A stretch of 64,000 nt of DNA from Acidimicrobiia bacterium (GCA_965203555.1 CBDBCY010000004.1:672001-736000); one strand, 5' to 3'. Counted from the first letter of the stretch, positions 28,500 to 38,215 are shown. Numbers and translations: made by a program. Notes: a model not told the origin generated them from the sequence alone.

Positions 28500-28776
28500 G
28501 TCCTCTTAATTTTGGGATTCCCTCCCGACCCGCCGCCTCCTTGCCACCGCCGAAGTCCGGATGCGTGCAGGACTATCCGAAACCGAAGGTTCTGTCGTCG
28601 GCCAGCAGCCCTGTCTCGGGGAAAGACGGTTGAGATTCTTCTCCCCGAAACCAGGGCCATCTGATGAGGGCGGTCCGGACCGCACACCACATGTTTGTCT
28701 ATCCAATATGCGATGCCCCTGGGACAAAGACAAGGATTTCCAATGGTTTCGAAGGAGGATTTTTCGCGACTCTCTC
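28500..28776 (-). repeat. Dispersed non-coding promoter plus structured RNA element, copy A
   Basis: Colinear similarity to 59386-59680 across its length; TGTCCC-N10-CATATT at 28705-28726. Confidence 0.85.
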
Positions 28777-28804
28777 TTCTCTCAATCATTGCCAAAGGAG
28801 AAAT

Positions 28805-29605
28805 TCAGGCAACACCCCGGCCTTGATTGATCGCTTGGCGCATATCCGCCGCCGCCGCCGCCGCATCAGGAGCGGTGGTGATGGCCCGAGAACTGTTGAT
28901 GATCAATCCCCGTCCCCGGGAGTTGAGCCCCGCCTGCAATGCCTCTTGCAGATCGCCGCCCTGGGCGCCGACTCCGGGAGCCAGAAAAGTCATATCACCT
29001 GCCAGTCGACGAGCCACACGCAGATCGTCGGGACGGGTGGCGCCCATCACCAGCAAGCAGTTACCCAGCACGTTCCACTCCCGCGCAACCATACGCGCCA
29101 CCCGCTGCCAGAGGGGCTCTCCCTCCACCGTCACGGTCTGCAGATCATCGGCGCCCGGATTGGAGGTGCGGCACAGGATGATGCAGCCCCGGTCCGCCCG
29201 CTCCAGGAACGGGAGGAGGGCGTCTTTTCCCAACCACGGGTTGAGAGTTACCGCGTCGAATCCCAGTTGGTCGAAGAGAAACCGCGCATAAGCCTCGCTG
29301 GTGGAACCGATGTCGGCGCGTTTGGCGTCTCCGATCACCGGGACATCCGGATGGCGAGAAGCCAGATAATCCATGATCTTCTCCAAAGAGGCGATCCCGG
29401 CAGAGCCTCGCGCTTCGTAGAAGGCCAGATTGGGTTTGAAGGCGCAGACATAATGATGGGTCTGGGAAATCACCCGCCGACCCCACTCGAACAACGGGTC
29501 GCCGCCGTCGCCCAGCAACAACCCCGGGGCGGGGTCCAAACCCACACACAGCAGGCTTTGAGTATCTTCCATCCGAGCGTTGAGCCGCTCCTCGAACCCG
29601 CCCAT
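28805..29605 (-). CDS. pyrF: Orotidine-5'-phosphate decarboxylase (subfamily 2)
   Basis: LCVGLDP, FKPNLAFYE, DAKRADIGST, TSNPG, LAPGVGAQGG, NSSR. Confidence 0.95.
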   Translation of the reverse strand: MGGFEERLNARMEDTQSLLCVGLDPAPGLLLGDGGDPLFEWGRRVISQTHHYVCAFKPNLAFYEARGSAGIASLEKIMDYLASRHPDVPVIGDAKRADIGSTSEAYARFLFDQLGFDAVTLNPWLGKDALLPFLERADRGCIILCRTSNPGADDLQTVTVEGEPLWQRVARMVAREWNVLGNCLLVMGATRPDDLRVARRLAGDMTFLAPGVGAQGGDLQEALQAGLNSRGRGLIINSSRAITTAPDAAAAAADMRQAINQGRGVA

Positions 29606-30238
29606 CTACACCGACCCCCATCCGCGAGGATCCGCCCACCACCGGCGCGCCTCATCCAGCGCCTGCGGCGGGAATTCTTCGCGGCCCGACGCCGCATCCA
29701 GCAACTCCAGGAACGGGACCAACAGGGAAAACTCCACACCGGCTTTCCGGAAAGCCGAAAACGTGTCACGGAACCCGTACCCGGCCACCGCCAGGCAAAT
29801 CGTCACCTCGGCGCCTGCCTGACGGAGAGCCCTGACAGCCTGCAGGCTGGAGCCGCCGGTGGTGACCGCATCCTCCACCAGCGCCACCCGTCTTCCACTG
29901 ACGTCCGCCCCTTCCACCGCCCTTCCCCGACCGTACTCCTTGGCCTTTTTGCGGACGAAGCAGGAAGGCAGATTCGCCGCGTAGGCCACGGCCGCACTGT
30001 GGGGAACGCCTCCCACTGCCACCCCGGCCACCACCTCCGGCGCCGAACCGTGTACAACCAGTCTTTCCAACAGCCCGTCGATCACGGTCTTCCATGCGGG
30101 AGGAGAAGCCAGCAGCCGCCGGATGTCCATATAGACCGGAGAGCGGATTCCCGAGGCGAAGGTGATGGGCGCCTCGGGTGACGGGATCAGCACCCCCGCC
30201 TCCAGCAGGGCATCGGCAGCCTTTTCGGCGCTGGTCAT
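29606..30238 (-). CDS. pyrE: Orotate phosphoribosyltransferase
   Basis: FASGIRSPVYMD, VRKKAKEYG, VEDAVTTGGS. Confidence 0.93.
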   Translation of the reverse strand: MTSAEKAADALLEAGVLIPSPEAPITFASGIRSPVYMDIRRLLASPPAWKTVIDGLLERLVVHGSAPEVVAGVAVGGVPHSAAVAYAANLPSCFVRKKAKEYGRGRAVEGADVSGRRVALVEDAVTTGGSSLQAVRALRQAGAEVTICLAVAGYGFRDTFSAFRKAGVEFSLLVPFLELLDAASGREEFPPQALDEARRWWADPRGWGSV

Positions 30239-31347
30239 CACAGCCTGGCCGCCTCCGACAGGATCAGAGCCGGCGCCATGGGACCGCGAAACACCATCGC
30301 GCTCCAGTACTGAACGACCCCCGCCCCCCGATCCACAAAGGCCTGGTAGCCGGCCCCGTCCAAAACTCCGCCGCAGCCCACGATCGCCCATTCAGTACCC
30401 GACTCCCGGCGGGCCACCGCCAATTCCTCCACCACCCGCAGCGCCCGAGGATGGAGAGATGCGCCCCCCACCCCCACGCCGATCCTCGAGTCCGAAATCT
30501 TCGCGGGGGCGGTGTTGGTGGCCACGATCGCCTCGGCACCGCCCTCCACGGCAGCTCGGGCCAGCGATCCGTACCGCCCCGCCCCGACATCGGGACCCAC
30601 CTTCACCCACAATGCGGTCTCCTCCGGTAGCTCATCGCGAATCGCCCGGCACAAGCGAGCCACCTCTTCGGGAAGGGCCGCATGGGCATACCCCTGCGGA
30701 ACATTGGGACAGCTGATGTTCACCGTCATCCAGGAAGGACGAAGTCCGGCTTGCAGGAATCGGCGAACCGCCCACACTGTGCCGTCGTCACGGCGAACCG
30801 GATCGGTTTGGTCGGGATCGGAGGCGATGCTGATCCCGTAGACATCGGGGAGCGCATCCGATCGTTCGGCCAGAAAGGCCGCCGCGGCCGCCGCCCCGGG
30901 GTTCCGGAGGCCGACTCGATTCATCAGGTTACGGCCCCCGGTGTCCCGCCACAGCAGGCGCCCGGTATTGCCCAACCTCGGCCGGGGAGTAAACGATCCC
31001 ATCTCCACCGGCCCCACCAAGGCGGGAACCGACCTCCACCCCGCAATGATGTTGCGACCATCTCCAACCGCCCGAAGCGCCGCCTGTTCGGTGGCGAATC
31101 CGTCACCCTTCACCAGCCCGGCCGCCAGAATGAGAGGAGAGCCGAGACTGACCCGACCGACCTGTACCGAGGAATGAAAGCGCCTCCGGTAGGCCGCCGC
31201 AGCCCTGCAAAGGCCCACCCGCCGATCAAGCAACCCCAGTTGTCGAACGACCAGTCGATGGGCCTGGTCGGCGGACCGGGCAAACAGGATCCGGCGCCAC
31301 ACCCGGTAGACGGCCTCGGCGGCGCCCAGTTCAAGAACTGTCGGCAT
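30238..31347 (-). CDS. pyrD: Dihydroorotate dehydrogenase (divergent)
   Basis: LAAGLVK, GSFTPRPRLGN, NRVGLRN, NISCPN, VKVGPD, ATNT, GCGGV; pyr context. Confidence 0.85.
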   Translation of the reverse strand: MPTVLELGAAEAVYRVWRRILFARSADQAHRLVVRQLGLLDRRVGLCRAAAAYRRRFHSSVQVGRVSLGSPLILAAGLVKGDGFATEQAALRAVGDGRNIIAGWRSVPALVGPVEMGSFTPRPRLGNTGRLLWRDTGGRNLMNRVGLRNPGAAAAAAFLAERSDALPDVYGISIASDPDQTDPVRRDDGTVWAVRRFLQAGLRPSWMTVNISCPNVPQGYAHAALPEEVARLCRAIRDELPEETALWVKVGPDVGAGRYGSLARAAVEGGAEAIVATNTAPAKISDSRIGVGVGGASLHPRALRVVEELAVARRESGTEWAIVGCGGVLDGAGYQAFVDRGAGVVQYWSAMVFRGPMAPALILSEAARL

Positions 31348-32413
31348 ACAGATTCACACCGAATCCCGGCGGCGCCAATACTTCGCCGTCCTCGAAAACC
31401 ACCCTTCCCCGGATCACGACTCTACGAACCACTCCCCACACTTCCATTCCCGAAAACGGCGTCCAGCCACAGAGAGTGTAGAGGTCGTCGGCGCCGATCA
31501 CGCGACGGGCCCCCGTGTCCAACATCGTGTGGGTATCGACCGGGCGGGGTGGCAGGCCGAAGATGCGGCGGGGCGCGACCGAGACCAACTCCACGGCCCG
31601 CTCCCTGGTCAGCCGGCCCTCCCGGACCGCGGTGAACAGCAGAGGAATGGTGGTTTCCAGTCCCGGAACCCCGAAAGGGGTGGGAGAACCCAGCTTCTCA
31701 TCCCAGGTGTGGGGGGCGTGATCGGACTCGACCACGTCTATCACTTTGTCCCTGATCCCCGCCCACAGTGCGTCCCGATCCTTGGCAGTCCCCAGCGCAG
31801 GCTTCATCATGGCCCGGGGACCCAACGCCGACAGGTCCCCCTCGGTGAGGAACAGGTGATGAGGGCATACCCCGGCGGTGACCTGCGTTCCCCGCCGCTT
31901 GTGCTCGGTCACCTCCGCTACCGCCCGGGCGGTGTCGATGTGGCAGAGATGCCCGCGCTTTTTGTGCCGGGCCAGCGACTCCAGGAACCGTCCGACCATC
32001 TCACCCTCGGCATGAGCGGCCACCACTCCCGGACCCGGCCAGGAGGCCACCTGCCGGTCCATCTGCGATGCCGAGATGGTCAGCCCCCCGGTGGTGTGCC
32101 CGCAATAGAGTTTGATACCGCACACCCTCGAAGACAGATAGCGCAACTCGGATCGGGCTATCACCCCGGACGGATGGGCGCCCAGCCACGCCCCGTAGTC
32201 ACAGCGGGCGCTTCGGGCCAACTCGGAAAGTTTCCTTTCCAGCCCCGGGCGGTCGGTGGTGGGCGGAGGAGTGTTGGGCATGTCCAACACGGCGGTGTAT
32301 CCCCCCGCCAGGGCGGCGGACGTCTCGGTATCGAAATCACCTTTGTGTGCCCACTCCATGCCCCGCAGATGGACGTGGGGATCAAGCGCCCCGACGATGC
32401 GCACCATGGTCAC
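31331..32413 (-). CDS. pyrC: Dihydroorotase
   Basis: DPHVHLR, DMPNTPP, VCPHHL, SDHAPH, GWTPFSG. Confidence 0.9.
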   Translation of the reverse strand: MTMVRIVGALDPHVHLRGMEWAHKGDFDTETSAALAGGYTAVLDMPNTPPPTTDRPGLERKLSELARSARCDYGAWLGAHPSGVIARSELRYLSSRVCGIKLYCGHTTGGLTISASQMDRQVASWPGPGVVAAHAEGEMVGRFLESLARHKKRGHLCHIDTARAVAEVTEHKRRGTQVTAGVCPHHLFLTEGDLSALGPRAMMKPALGTAKDRDALWAGIRDKVIDVVESDHAPHTWDEKLGSPTPFGVPGLETTIPLLFTAVREGRLTRERAVELVSVAPRRIFGLPPRPVDTHTMLDTGARRVIGADDLYTLCGWTPFSGMEVWGVVRRVVIRGRVVFEDGEVLAPPGFGVNLYADSS

Positions 32414-32465
32414 GGCAGATCCTCCCCCGCCCGGGCGGTGGCCAAAGCCGGCAGCCCTGCGACTT

Positions 32466-33149
32466 TCATTCGATCACCCGGGTGGCGCCCACCAGCCTCA
32501 GCACCTCGGCCGCCGCCTCATCGGGCCCCAGGGAAGTGGTGTCGATCACGACCGCATCCGGCATCCGCCGAAGGGGTGAAACGGCGCGTCCGGTGTCGTT
32601 TTCGTCGCGGCGGGCCAGACTCGCCCCCACCTCCTCCACCCCGGCCACCCCGGTCATCTCCGCGGCCCGCCGACGCGTCCGCTCCCCCGAAGCCGCGGTG
32701 AGGTAGACCTTGACCGGCGCCTCGGGAAAAACCACCGAACCGATGTCCCGGCCCTCCACCACCGCCGACCCTCCCCGGTTCTCCACCCACCGTCGCTGCG
32801 CCTCCACCAGGAGCCGGCGCACTCCGGGAAGCCCCGCAACCCTGCTGGCCGCCTCCGACACCCGTTGCGTTCTGATCTCCCGCTCAACATCCTCTTCGTC
32901 AAGCCAGGTGCGGCCGCCACGGTAGGCGATGGTGGCCCGGCAGATCACTGCCGTCGTCGCCGCTTCGCGGTCACAGTCCGCCCCTGCCCGAAGAGCCGCC
33001 AGGGCTGCCGCTCGATAGAACGCGCCCGTATCGAGGTACGGCAGACCCAATTCCGCAGCCACCCGCCGAGCCAGAGTGCTCTTACCGCTGGCAGCAGGCC
33101 CGTCGATGGCGATGACCCCCTCCCACTGTTTCGGCTGCCTGATGCTCAC
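32466..33149 (-). CDS. cmk: Cytidylate kinase
   Basis: IAIDGPAASGKST, LDTGAFYR, EGRDIGSVVFP; GTGA overlap with aroA. Confidence 0.95.
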   Translation of the reverse strand: MSIRQPKQWEGVIAIDGPAASGKSTLARRVAAELGLPYLDTGAFYRAAALAALRAGADCDREAATTAVICRATIAYRGGRTWLDEEDVEREIRTQRVSEAASRVAGLPGVRRLLVEAQRRWVENRGGSAVVEGRDIGSVVFPEAPVKVYLTAASGERTRRRAAEMTGVAGVEEVGASLARRDENDTGRAVSPLRRMPDAVVIDTTSLGPDEAAAEVLRLVGATRVIE

Positions 33150-34429
33150 AGCGCCCTCAACATTTGGAAATATCCCGGCCAGGTCTTGGTAACGCATCCC
33201 GGATCGAGGATTTCCACCCCGGCCTGACGAAGACCCACCAAGGCGAAGGACATGGCCATGCGGTGGTCGTCATAAGTATGAAACCTGGAGGGCCGGAGCC
33301 GACCGGGTTTGATGATCAGGTCTTCTCCCTCCACCAAGGCTTGGGCGCCGGCCCGGGACAGTTCGGTGGAAAGGGCCCCCAGTCGGTCGGTCTCCTTGAG
33401 GCGCAGGGTGCCCAAACCTCTCAACCGGCTCGGCCCTGAAGCAAACAGGCACACCACCGAAAGGCCCAGGGCTCCGTCGGGCATGCGGCTGCAATCCCGA
33501 TCCACTCCTCGCAGGACACCGTCGGAGGGCCCCTCCACCACCAAACGGCTGCCCCTCCAGCCCACCCGGCATCCCATCTCTTCCAGAACTTCCACCACGG
33601 CCACGTCGGCCTGGGTGGATCCCTGTACAAGGCCCTCGACGCCCACCACTCCGCCGGTGATGGCCGCCGCCGCCATCGGGTAGACCGCCGCCGAGGCATC
33701 GGCCTCGATCTCGAAAGACGTCGACCGGTATCCGCCGGGTCTTATGCGGTAAACCGGGCCAACTTCGCGCTGCGCCTCCGCCCCGAAACTCTCCATAACC
33801 TCCAAGGTGGTCTGTACATAGGGACCCGAAACCATCTCTCCCCGGGTGCGGATCGTAAGTTCATCCTCCGCCAGGGGCGCCACCATGAGGAGGGCCGACA
33901 GAAACTGTGAGGAGCGGGAGACGTCCACCTCGATCTCCCCACCCCCAAGCGCTCCTCCCCTCACGGTCAACGGGAAGTATCCTCCCGATGTCTCGATCTC
34001 GACGCCGGCCTCATTCAGGGCCGATGCCAGATCGCCGACGGGGCGCTCCCGCATTCGCTCGGTTCCGTCGATGCGTACCGGACCGGGGGCCAGGGCAGCC
34101 ACGGCGGTGATAAAACGAGCGGTAGTCCCCGAAGCTCCCACATACAGAATTCCATCGGGGGCCGACAGAGAGCCTCCGGTCCCCAACACCAACCACGGAT
34201 CATCGACATCGTCGATCAACACCCCCAATCGCCGAAGCCCGGAGCGCATCACCTCGGTGTCGTCCGCCTCCAGCGGCCCATCCAGACGGCTGGCGCCTCC
34301 TTGTGCCAGGGAAGCAACCACCAGCGCCCGGTTGGTGATGCTCTTGGAGCCCGGCGGGCGTACCACACCCTCCACCGGACGTCTGAGCACCGGGATCTGT
34401 ATCACCGGAGGAAAGTCCATGTTCATCAT
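33146..34429 (-). CDS. aroA: EPSP synthase
   Basis: PGSKSITNRAL, SGTTARF, SSQFLS, LRLKETDR, DHRMAM, KTWPGY. Confidence 0.95.
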   Translation of the reverse strand: MMNMDFPPVIQIPVLRRPVEGVVRPPGSKSITNRALVVASLAQGGASRLDGPLEADDTEVMRSGLRRLGVLIDDVDDPWLVLGTGGSLSAPDGILYVGASGTTARFITAVAALAPGPVRIDGTERMRERPVGDLASALNEAGVEIETSGGYFPLTVRGGALGGGEIEVDVSRSSQFLSALLMVAPLAEDELTIRTRGEMVSGPYVQTTLEVMESFGAEAQREVGPVYRIRPGGYRSTSFEIEADASAAVYPMAAAAITGGVVGVEGLVQGSTQADVAVVEVLEEMGCRVGWRGSRLVVEGPSDGVLRGVDRDCSRMPDGALGLSVVCLFASGPSRLRGLGTLRLKETDRLGALSTELSRAGAQALVEGEDLIIKPGRLRPSRFHTYDDHRMAMSFALVGLRQAGVEILDPGCVTKTWPGYFQMLRAL

Positions 34430-34436
34430 GCCGAGA

Positions 34437-35189
34437 CTATTGCCCAACCGCGGCCCGGTAAATCGTCGCCACTTCCCGGCCCGTCAGTTTGCGCCATTTC
34501 CCGGGGCGAAGCCGCACGTCTCTGAGCGGGCCGATCGATACCCTCACCAGTCTGCGGACCGGATAACCGAGCGACTCCATCATCCGTCGTATTTCACGGT
34601 TGCGCCCCTCGCCCATCACCAATTCAAGTTGCGCCTCTCGGGCGGTCCGGTCGATCATCCGCGCCTGCAGTGCCCGGGCCGGCCCGTCCTCCAGTTCCAC
34701 TCCTCCGACCAGCCGGCGCACCGTCCCCGGTCGGGGCACCCCTGACACCAGCACCCGGTAGGTCTTGGAGATCCCGTAGCGGGGATGGGTGACCAGGTTG
34801 GTCAGATCACCGTCGTTGCTCACCAGGATCAGACCTTCGCTTCGCCGGTCAAGCCGTCCCACCGGCCATACCCGCGGGTGGTCGGGCACCAGATCGACGA
34901 CCGTCCGGGGCGCATGGGGGTCGGAGGTGGTGGATACCACCCCGTATGGTTTATTGACAAGGTACGTGACCAGATGGGCGGCTATGGGAAGCCGAGCCCC
35001 GTCCACCTCCACCACCGATGCAGCCGGATCGACCCGATCACCCAACCGGGCGGCGCGCCCGTCGATGGTCACTCTTCCCCGTGCGATGAGATCCTCCGCT
35101 GCCCTGCGGGACATCAATCCGGCGGCGGAGATGGCCTTTTGCAGACGAATGCGGCTGTCAGGTGACGAACGCGGCGGCTGCGAGATCAT
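34437..35189 (-). CDS. rluB: rRNA pseudouridine synthase (RluB/RsuA family)
   Basis: S4 domain, GRLD catalytic motif, EGRNREIRRM. Confidence 0.9.
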   Translation of the reverse strand: MISQPPRSSPDSRIRLQKAISAAGLMSRRAAEDLIARGRVTIDGRAARLGDRVDPAASVVEVDGARLPIAAHLVTYLVNKPYGVVSTTSDPHAPRTVVDLVPDHPRVWPVGRLDRRSEGLILVSNDGDLTNLVTHPRYGISKTYRVLVSGVPRPGTVRRLVGGVELEDGPARALQARMIDRTAREAQLELVMGEGRNREIRRMMESLGYPVRRLVRVSIGPLRDVRLRPGKWRKLTGREVATIYRAAVGQ

Positions 35190-35718
35190 CCATTACCTCC
35201 GGCGCGGGGACCAGGTCCGAAAGAGGGGGCAGGTCCTCAAGGCTGTCCAATCCCAGCTTTTCCAACAACAGTTCGGTGGTGCCGTACAGTGCGGGATAAC
35301 CGGGTACCTGCAACCGCCCCACCACTTCGATCAGGCCGGTCTTTTCCAGGGTGCGCACCGGCGAGGAGGAGTCCACCCCCCGGATGTCGCTGATCTGGTT
35401 CTTGGAGACCGGCTGGCGATAGGTGATCACCGCCAACACCTCCTGGGCCGGGAGCGACAGTCTTCTAATCGGCCCCCGGCTGACGAAACTCTCCACGTAG
35501 GCCGACAATTCGGGACGGGTATAAAGCCGCCACCCTCCCGCCACCCTTTCCAGGCGCAGACCCCGGTGGGGCGATTGGAGGCGACGGCCGAGCGCCTCCA
35601 ATTCCGACCGGACCTCACTCGAATCGATCCCCAGGACTTCCGAGAGGCGTTTGGAGGTCACCGGCGCTTCCGCCACGAACAGGATGGCTTCCAAGGCCGC
35701 GGCCGAGTCCAAGCTCAT
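35158..35718 (-). CDS. scpB: SMC-Scp subunit ScpB
   Basis: LEAILFVA, YRQPVS...IRGVDS, YGTT...GL.SLEDLP. Confidence 0.93.
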   Translation of the reverse strand: MSLDSAAALEAILFVAEAPVTSKRLSEVLGIDSSEVRSELEALGRRLQSPHRGLRLERVAGGWRLYTRPELSAYVESFVSRGPIRRLSLPAQEVLAVITYRQPVSKNQISDIRGVDSSSPVRTLEKTGLIEVVGRLQVPGYPALYGTTELLLEKLGLDSLEDLPPLSDLVPAPEVMDDLAAAAFVT

Positions 35719-36473
35719 CCGTCCGCCGTCGCCATCATCGGAGCGGGAACCGCCCGCGCCTCGATGCGAATGTCCTCTCGTGGCGCGTTTTGCGATATTC
35801 TCACCCTTCCCTGGCGAGCCAATTCCAAGAGGCCCATGAACCAGACGGCCTCTTCAATCCGATCGACACAGCGATCGGACAGTTTCTCAAAAGACCACTC
35901 TCCCACGGGTCCCACAAGACTCCAAAGCCGGTCTGTCGCCTCTTCCACGGTGGGCAGATCCAAAGCCAGATGATCCAGGTCGGGCGTGGCGCGCACTCCC
36001 GTCATCAAGTCCCTGGCCAGGTCAGCCAGGTCCTCCGAGTCGAGACTGAAAGCAAGTTCCGGAGTCGACGCCACTGTCGACCAGTCCGGTCCCGCCTCCC
36101 GGGGACGCAATCCGGACCTTTGCTCCAGGCGGTCGGCCAATTCCTGCACTACTTCCCGGAAGGTCAGGTTGGCCAGGCGATACCACAGGTCCCGGTCGGG
36201 ATTCTCCATCGACGCCTCTTCCGGCAGATCCCGCTGTGCCCCCAATATTCTTCGCGCCTTCAACCGACACAGCAGCGCCAGCACCCAGACGAACTCACTC
36301 AGATGCTCCAGATCCACCGGGGGTCCTTGAAAGAGTTCGGAGAGAAAGCTCTCCACCAGACCCGAGAGGCTTAAGATCGACGGGTCGATTCGATCCGCCA
36401 CCACCAAGTCATAGAAGAGGTCGATAGGCCCCTCATAGGCCTCGGTGGAGATATGACAACTGCGGGTCACCAA
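35715..36473 (-). CDS. scpA: SMC-Scp subunit ScpA
   Basis: YEGPIDL N-terminus and FMGLLEL C-terminus; upstream of scpB. Confidence 0.85.
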   Translation of the reverse strand: MVTRSCHISTEAYEGPIDLFYDLVVADRIDPSILSLSGLVESFLSELFQGPPVDLEHLSEFVWVLALLCRLKARRILGAQRDLPEEASMENPDRDLWYRLANLTFREVVQELADRLEQRSGLRPREAGPDWSTVASTPELAFSLDSEDLADLARDLMTGVRATPDLDHLALDLPTVEEATDRLWSLVGPVGEWSFEKLSDRCVDRIEEAVWFMGLLELARQGRVRISQNAPREDIRIEARAVPAPMMATADG

Positions 36474-36497
36474 CCGGGATGCTATCGAAAAACCGCC

Positions 36498-36983
36498 CTA
36501 TCTGTGAGCCTTATCGGATTCGCACAGCGCCTTCCACACCTTGGGCTCGATCTGGGGAGGACGAGACCCATGATGGGCGCGGGCGAACTCCACCACCAAG
36601 GACTCCGCCCCCCACTCCTGAAGTTCTCGGGAACCGATCGGCCCATGGTTGCGATATGTCCGGATTCGCCCCCAAAGCGGCAGCCGTAGCCGGATTGCCA
36701 CTGAGGCCAACGCCCGGCCCATCAACCCCAGACGAGCATGCCGCTTCCCGATGTCGTGCAGGAGAGCAGCCCGCACCGCGCTGGGATTGGGGTCCAAAGC
36801 GGCATGCACCACCCGGGCCGCCGAGTAGCCATGTCGCTGATCGGCCACCGGCTGTTCACAGAAGGCCGTCCACTCCGGGCGGGTCAAGAAACCACCCACC
36901 CACCGCCGCTCCGATCTGGTGAGCGGCGTGGACCGCATTCCCTCCCGGTATCGCTTGGCCAGATGGATCCAGGTTCCCGGCAA
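36498..36983 (-). CDS. HD-domain protein
   Basis: DQRH...AALLHDIGK...HG...HH. Confidence 0.8.
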   Translation of the reverse strand: MPGTWIHLAKRYREGMRSTPLTRSERRWVGGFLTRPEWTAFCEQPVADQRHGYSAARVVHAALDPNPSAVRAALLHDIGKRHARLGLMGRALASVAIRLRLPLWGRIRTYRNHGPIGSRELQEWGAESLVVEFARAHHGSRPPQIEPKVWKALCESDKAHR

Positions 36984-36989
36984 CGCCTC

Positions 36990-37340
36990 TCAGCCCCGGG
37001 ACAACTTGCAGGTAACGCAATAAACCGATTCGGGGCGGAACTTCAACCGGGCGGCGCCGATCTGCTGTTCGCACCGAATGCAGGAACCGTACTGACCGAT
37101 TTCAACTCTCGACAGTGCCCGGTCAACCGAGTCCAGCCTTTTCTTGATCGCCCTGATCAGGCCGAGACGCTCGGTGCGCTCGGCCATTATGGCCGGGGCG
37201 TCCGAGAACCCGTCTCCCTGGTTGAGACCGGCCCGCAATTCTCCGGTCTCGTTGGCGCCCAACTCATTGAGTTGGTGCACCAGCCCCTCCCGGGCGGTGG
37301 TCAATACCTCCTGGGTTCGGGTAAGGTCTATCTCTGTCAT
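36990..37340 (-). CDS. TraR/DksA C4 zinc-finger protein
   Basis: Coiled coil plus YGSCIRC...IxxxRL...CVTC. Confidence 0.85.
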   Translation of the reverse strand: MTEIDLTRTQEVLTTAREGLVHQLNELGANETGELRAGLNQGDGFSDAPAIMAERTERLGLIRAIKKRLDSVDRALSRVEIGQYGSCIRCEQQIGAARLKFRPESVYCVTCKLSRG

Positions 37341-38215
37341 CGGCTCCTAGGGTGAGATAGTAGGTACACTTCTTGCAAATAACCTGGGGAAATGCGGGTA
37401 TAAACCTCGGTGGTCGATAGGCTGGCGTGGCCGAGCATCTCCTGGACGGCCCTCAAATCCGCTCCTCCCTCCACCATGTGGGTGGCGGCTGAGTGCCTCA
37501 AAACGTGAGGCGAGACCCTATCGGACCGTACCCCGGCCCGCTGGGCCGCCTTCTTTACGATGCCCCAGGCGCCGATCCTGCTCAGACGTGTTCCCCGCAA
37601 GTTCAGGAAGACCGCGTCGCTGCGTCCCTTGGCCAGTTCCAACCGATCCCCGAGCCAGGCGCTCATCGCCTGGCGAGCGGCCTCACCCAGCAGCGTTATG
37701 CGCTGACGGGATCCCTTTCCAGTCACCAGGGCCACACCCTCCTCCACGTCGAGGTGACCCAGATCCAGGCCCACCGCCTCGCTCACTCGGCACGCAGTGC
37801 TGTACAGGAACTCGAGAAGCGCGGCATCCCGACGCCCTCCCACATTCACGACCGAAGGGGTCTCCAACAGGGCAAGCACCTCATGGGTCGTCAAAGCCTT
37901 CGGAAGACGCTGAGGTTGCTTGGGCGCCCCTAGCCCGATAGTCGGGTCATCCACTCCCTCCTCTTCATGCAGGAACCGGTGAAAACCCTTCACGGCGGCG
38001 AGTTTCCGGGCAACCGATCCGGGAGAGAGGCCTAATTCGGCCAGCCACTCCAGGTATCGGCGCACCCGCGCCGAACCCAGTTGCTCATCGCCCACGAAAC
38101 CCAGGTACTGGCGCAGGTCTCGCCGGTATGCCGCGATGGTGTTGGCGGCCAGTCCTCTTTCATAGGCGAGAGAAGCCAAGTAATTCTCCAGCACGGTTGA
38201 GGACTCGGGATCCAT
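37337..38215 (-). CDS. xerD: Tyrosine recombinase XerD
   Basis: ERGLAANTIAAYRRDL, RVSE, GKGSRQR, HVLRHSAATH, LGHASLSTTEVY. Confidence 0.92.
   Translation of the reverse strand: MDPESSTVLENYLASLAYERGLAANTIAAYRRDLRQYLGFVGDEQLGSARVRRYLEWLAELGLSPGSVARKLAAVKGFHRFLHEEEGVDDPTIGLGAPKQPQRLPKALTTHEVLALLETPSVVNVGGRRDAALLEFLYSTACRVSEAVGLDLGHLDVEEGVALVTGKGSRQRITLLGEAARQAMSAWLGDRLELAKGRSDAVFLNLRGTRLSRIGAWGIVKKAAQRAGVRSDRVSPHVLRHSAATHMVEGGADLRAVQEMLGHASLSTTEVYTRISPGYLQEVYLLSHPRSR

Noticed and set aside
37337-38215. Tyrosine recombinase as a phage or island integrase
   Set aside because: Sequence and pyrG-NUDIX-xerD-scpAB synteny indicate chromosomal XerD
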